From: an uncultured Defluviitaleaceae bacterium
GTDB lineage: Bacteria > Bacillota > Clostridia > Lachnospirales > CAYYRV01
Length of the DNA stretch: 64,000 bases
Reading direction: 5' to 3'
NCBI GenBank assembly: GCA_964474135.1
Contig: CAYYRV010000009.1
Span: forward strand, 17 to 64,016
The translations under genes were made by a program, and so were the position numbers. Shown here in pieces: positions 61,189 through 64,000 of the stretch. Within the stretch, counting starts at the first letter, position 1. Every line of letters begins with the position of its first letter. The notes below the pieces were generated by a model. That model ran no database searches. It saw only the letters and a program-made list of their open reading frames with translations, and was not told the origin of the DNA.

Positions 61189-63210
61189 TTAAGATACATT
61201 ACGTTTTTTCATTATAATATTATCCTTTTGTAAAACTTCTTCTTTATCATCAATAAACTCATGTTCTTCTTCTATACTTTTATTGCTATCATTATTTTTG
61301 CTATTACAATATGTTGGTACAAGCTTTTGCAAGCATTCCTCAATTTTTTCATGATGGCTAGTTGCTGCTATACGTAATTCTTCCAATAATTTTTCAAATT
61401 TATTATAATCTAAATCAATTGGTTTTGTCATAAATATTTTTTTATGGCAAGTAATTTGCATCTGGTCTTTTTCTTCATCTAATATTAGTTCTTCATAGAG
61501 TTTTTCCCCTGGCCGTAAACCTGTATATTTTATTTCAATATCTTTGTTAGGGCGAAAACCTGAAAGCTTTATTATATTTTTTGCAAGTTCAGCTATTTTA
61601 ACAGGCGAACCCATATCAAGGACAAATACTCTTCCCGTCTTACCTAAGCTTGCCGCTTGTAATACAAGCTGTGCCGCCTCCGGAATAGTCATAAAATATC
61701 TCTCAATATCAGGGTGAGTTACTGTTACAGGTCCTCCAGAAGCTATCTGCTGTTGAAAAAGTGGTATAATACTACCATTACTACCCAGCACGTTGCCAAA
61801 CCGTACAGCCATAAATTTTGTATCACTTTTTCTAGCCATATTTTGAATTATTATTTCTGTAATCCTCTTTGTTGCCCCCATAACGTTCGTCGGATTCACT
61901 GCTTTGTCTGTTGACAGAATTACAAAACGTTCAGCTTTAAATTTAGAAGCACATTTAACAACATTGTATGCTCCAAAAACATTATTTTTAACAGCTTCTG
62001 CTGGGCTATCTTCCATAAGAGGAACATGTTTATGTGCTGCTGCATGGAATATTACATTTGGTTTAAATTCATCAAAAACCTCTTCCAGTCTACCTATGTC
62101 TCTTACAGAACCTATTCTGATTATTACATTAATTTTATCTTTGTATCTAGCTTTAAGTTCATTCATAAGCATATATGCATTGTTTTCATAAATATCAAAA
62201 ATAATTAATAATTGCGGCTCGAATTTACTAATCTGCCGACAAAGTTCTGAGCCTATAGAACCTCCGCCCCCTGTCACTAGTATTGTTCTGTTGCTTAAAT
62301 ATTCCTTAATATTTTTTGTATCAAGAGTTACCTCTTCCCTAAAAAGAAGGTCAGTTATATTCAAATCCCTAACTTTAGATGTTATATTTTTTTCATCTGA
62401 AATATCGCTTATAGGGGGCATTATTTTAATATTACATTCAGTTAAAGTGCATTGCTTTATTATTTCTTGGAGTTCCTCGTCAGAAGCTTGTGTTTTAGCT
62501 ATTATTATATCATCTATTTGGTATTTTGCAGAAAGTTCTTGTATTTTATCTATACCTGAAATAACTCTTATACCTAAAATATGTGTATTATTTTTGGATA
62601 GGTCACTATCAACAACAATAATAGGAATTCTATCTCTTATTTTGCTGTTTAACATTCCACGAATAACTCCGTACCCAGAAAATCCAGCCCCAACAACCAT
62701 AACCCTGCGACAACCTGATTTTGAACTCATCATGTGTCCAATAAAAATAAATGAACGCTTTATTGCCCTATAACCAAAACGAGTAAATGTAAAAAGAATA
62801 AACTCTAAAATCCAAGCCGTAAAAAACATTCTTCTTGTTAAATACATAGTATTTATATCGTTAAGAATAAAATAGTCAATTGAATATATGATAAAAAAAG
62901 CGACTATTGTAGCAATAAAAATTTTAAATATTTCATCTATACTTGCATATTTCCATAAATTATTATAAATACGGAAAACAGTATAGACAATAATACAAAT
63001 AATAGGTGATATTATAGCCATAAGTTGAAAAATATCCCATGCTTCAGGAGGAATACCTAAATATATTGTACTTTTATTACCTGGTATTGTTCCGTCATAC
63101 CATAAACTTAGTGCAATTATTAATGATAAGTCTACTATACATGCATCTACAAGCATATATAGAATAGTTTTTCCAAATCTTTCTGTACCAAAAAAATTTA
63201 ATTTAGACAT
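61189..63210 (-). CDS. CapD/PglF-like nucleotide-sugar 4,6-dehydratase with N-terminal TMs
   Basis: TGGGGSIGSELCRQ, HAAAHKHVPLME, STDKAVNPTNVMGATKR, VRFGNVLGS, RPGEKLYEE. Confidence 0.93.
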   Translation of the reverse strand: MSKLNFFGTERFGKTILYMLVDACIVDLSLIIALSLWYDGTIPGNKSTIYLGIPPEAWDIFQLMAIISPIICIIVYTVFRIYNNLWKYASIDEIFKIFIATIVAFFIIYSIDYFILNDINTMYLTRRMFFTAWILEFILFTFTRFGYRAIKRSFIFIGHMMSSKSGCRRVMVVGAGFSGYGVIRGMLNSKIRDRIPIIVVDSDLSKNNTHILGIRVISGIDKIQELSAKYQIDDIIIAKTQASDEELQEIIKQCTLTECNIKIMPPISDISDEKNITSKVRDLNITDLLFREEVTLDTKNIKEYLSNRTILVTGGGGSIGSELCRQISKFEPQLLIIFDIYENNAYMLMNELKARYKDKINVIIRIGSVRDIGRLEEVFDEFKPNVIFHAAAHKHVPLMEDSPAEAVKNNVFGAYNVVKCASKFKAERFVILSTDKAVNPTNVMGATKRITEIIIQNMARKSDTKFMAVRFGNVLGSNGSIIPLFQQQIASGGPVTVTHPDIERYFMTIPEAAQLVLQAASLGKTGRVFVLDMGSPVKIAELAKNIIKLSGFRPNKDIEIKYTGLRPGEKLYEELILDEEKDQMQITCHKKIFMTKPIDLDYNKFEKLLEELRIAATSHHEKIEECLQKLVPTYCNSKNNDSNKSIEEEHEFIDDKEEVLQKDNIIMKKRNVS

Positions 63211-63232
63211 GAAAAATCTCCTTTTTCTAAAT

Positions 63233-63308
63233 TAATGTAAGTTCCACACAAAAAAACTATGTCGAACTTTTGATAATATAAAACAGTTTGGGGCTTTCAG
63301 CCCCAAAC
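63233..63308 (+). repeat. family B copy abutting family A hairpin 4
   Basis: TAATGTAAGTTCCACAC...GTCGAACTTTTGATAATA (cf. 30411-30456) then GTTTGGGGCTTTCAGCCCCAAAC. Confidence 0.8.
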
Positions 63309-63313
63309 TCCGA

Positions 63314-64000
63314 TTAATGTTTTGAAAATCTATTTACAGCATAACCAAATCCTAGTATAGCCCAAAAAACAGGTGCAACCGAAACAGAACTATCTGTAGT
63401 AATAGCAGTTACCAGATACCCTAATATACCAAGCAAAACTCCAAGCTTCAAACTGAAAATATATTTGTCCTCTTCATAACAATTAATAATATTTAAAAAT
63501 GTAGTAATAATATATATGCCAAAAATAACTAGTAAAGCTATTAAAGAAACTACTCCTGTGTTTATTGCAGTTTGAATATATAAATTGTGAGGTTTGTCCA
63601 CAATAATATAGGGGTTTCCAAGTGCCTTAATTTTTCCTACAGCATCATGCTGAGGAAACATAAATGGGAAAGTGTCAGGCCCAGAACCTATTAATATTGT
63701 TTTTTTGATTACTGGTAAAGAACGAGACCATAAAAAGCCTCTGCCGGAAGCAAAATATTCTTTATCTTTAAAAAACATTGTTTCGATAGGTTCATTAATA
63801 TCAATACTTTGTCCGTAAAGTGTTAGTAGCAAGATTTTTCCTTCTGGTGTAACTGTAAAATAAAAATCGCTTTCTAAACCCTTAATAGCAAAATGCTTTT
63901 CTGATATTAATAAAAGCTGAAAGTCACCAAATTCAGGAATACTAAAATCAGCCCTTAATCCTCCTTCTGCTCCGGTTATTTCATTTACTGATAGTGGTGT
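63314..64000 (-). CDS. O-antigen ligase/Wzy-like membrane protein (partial, runs off window)
   Basis: SGRGFLWSRS, GSGPDTF, VDKPHNLYIQ..NTG, DSSVSVAPVFW; frame open to 64000. Confidence 0.85.
   Translation of the reverse strand, partial: TPLSVNEITGAEGGLRADFSIPEFGDFQLLLISEKHFAIKGLESDFYFTVTPEGKILLLTLYGQSIDINEPIETMFFKDKEYFASGRGFLWSRSLPVIKKTILIGSGPDTFPFMFPQHDAVGKIKALGNPYIIVDKPHNLYIQTAINTGVVSLIALLVIFGIYIITTFLNIINCYEEDKYIFSLKLGVLLGILGYLVTAITTDSSVSVAPVFWAILGFGYAVNRFSKH

Overview
Low-GC, spore-forming, flagellated Clostridia-type chromosome (Lachnospirales-like by protein style; this is inference), with most genes on the + strand. Housekeeping blocks are rpsF-ssb-rpsR, spoVAA-AD, ymfF/ymfH-lgt, leuA, lysC, guaA and rpmG-secE-nusG-rplKAJL. 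Between them lie an EbgA/GH63 sugar-utilisation locus, a nucleoside-catabolism locus (punA-deoC-deoR-nup ABC-deoB), B12/B6/B1-related genes, a Cache-domain PDE/DGC pair, a frameshifted flagellin with a large Gly-rich insert, and the end of a polysaccharide locus. Cis-RNAs: Leu T-box, TPP riboswitch, S6:S18 leader, two L1 sites and an L10 leader. The most striking unexplained structure is non-coding. Intergenic spaces downstream of genes carry at least four families of short palindromic, MITE/REP-like repeats (about 20 copies or fragments, no transposase in the window), including a modular four-hairpin element of about 150 bp. Other highlights are a long animal-type GMP synthase, an apparently split methionine synthase, an unannotated 41-aa Cys-rich protein and a nested aspartokinase beta start. 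All calls come from reading the sequence and motif recall; no database searches were run. No tRNA, rRNA, CRISPR array or intact IS was seen.
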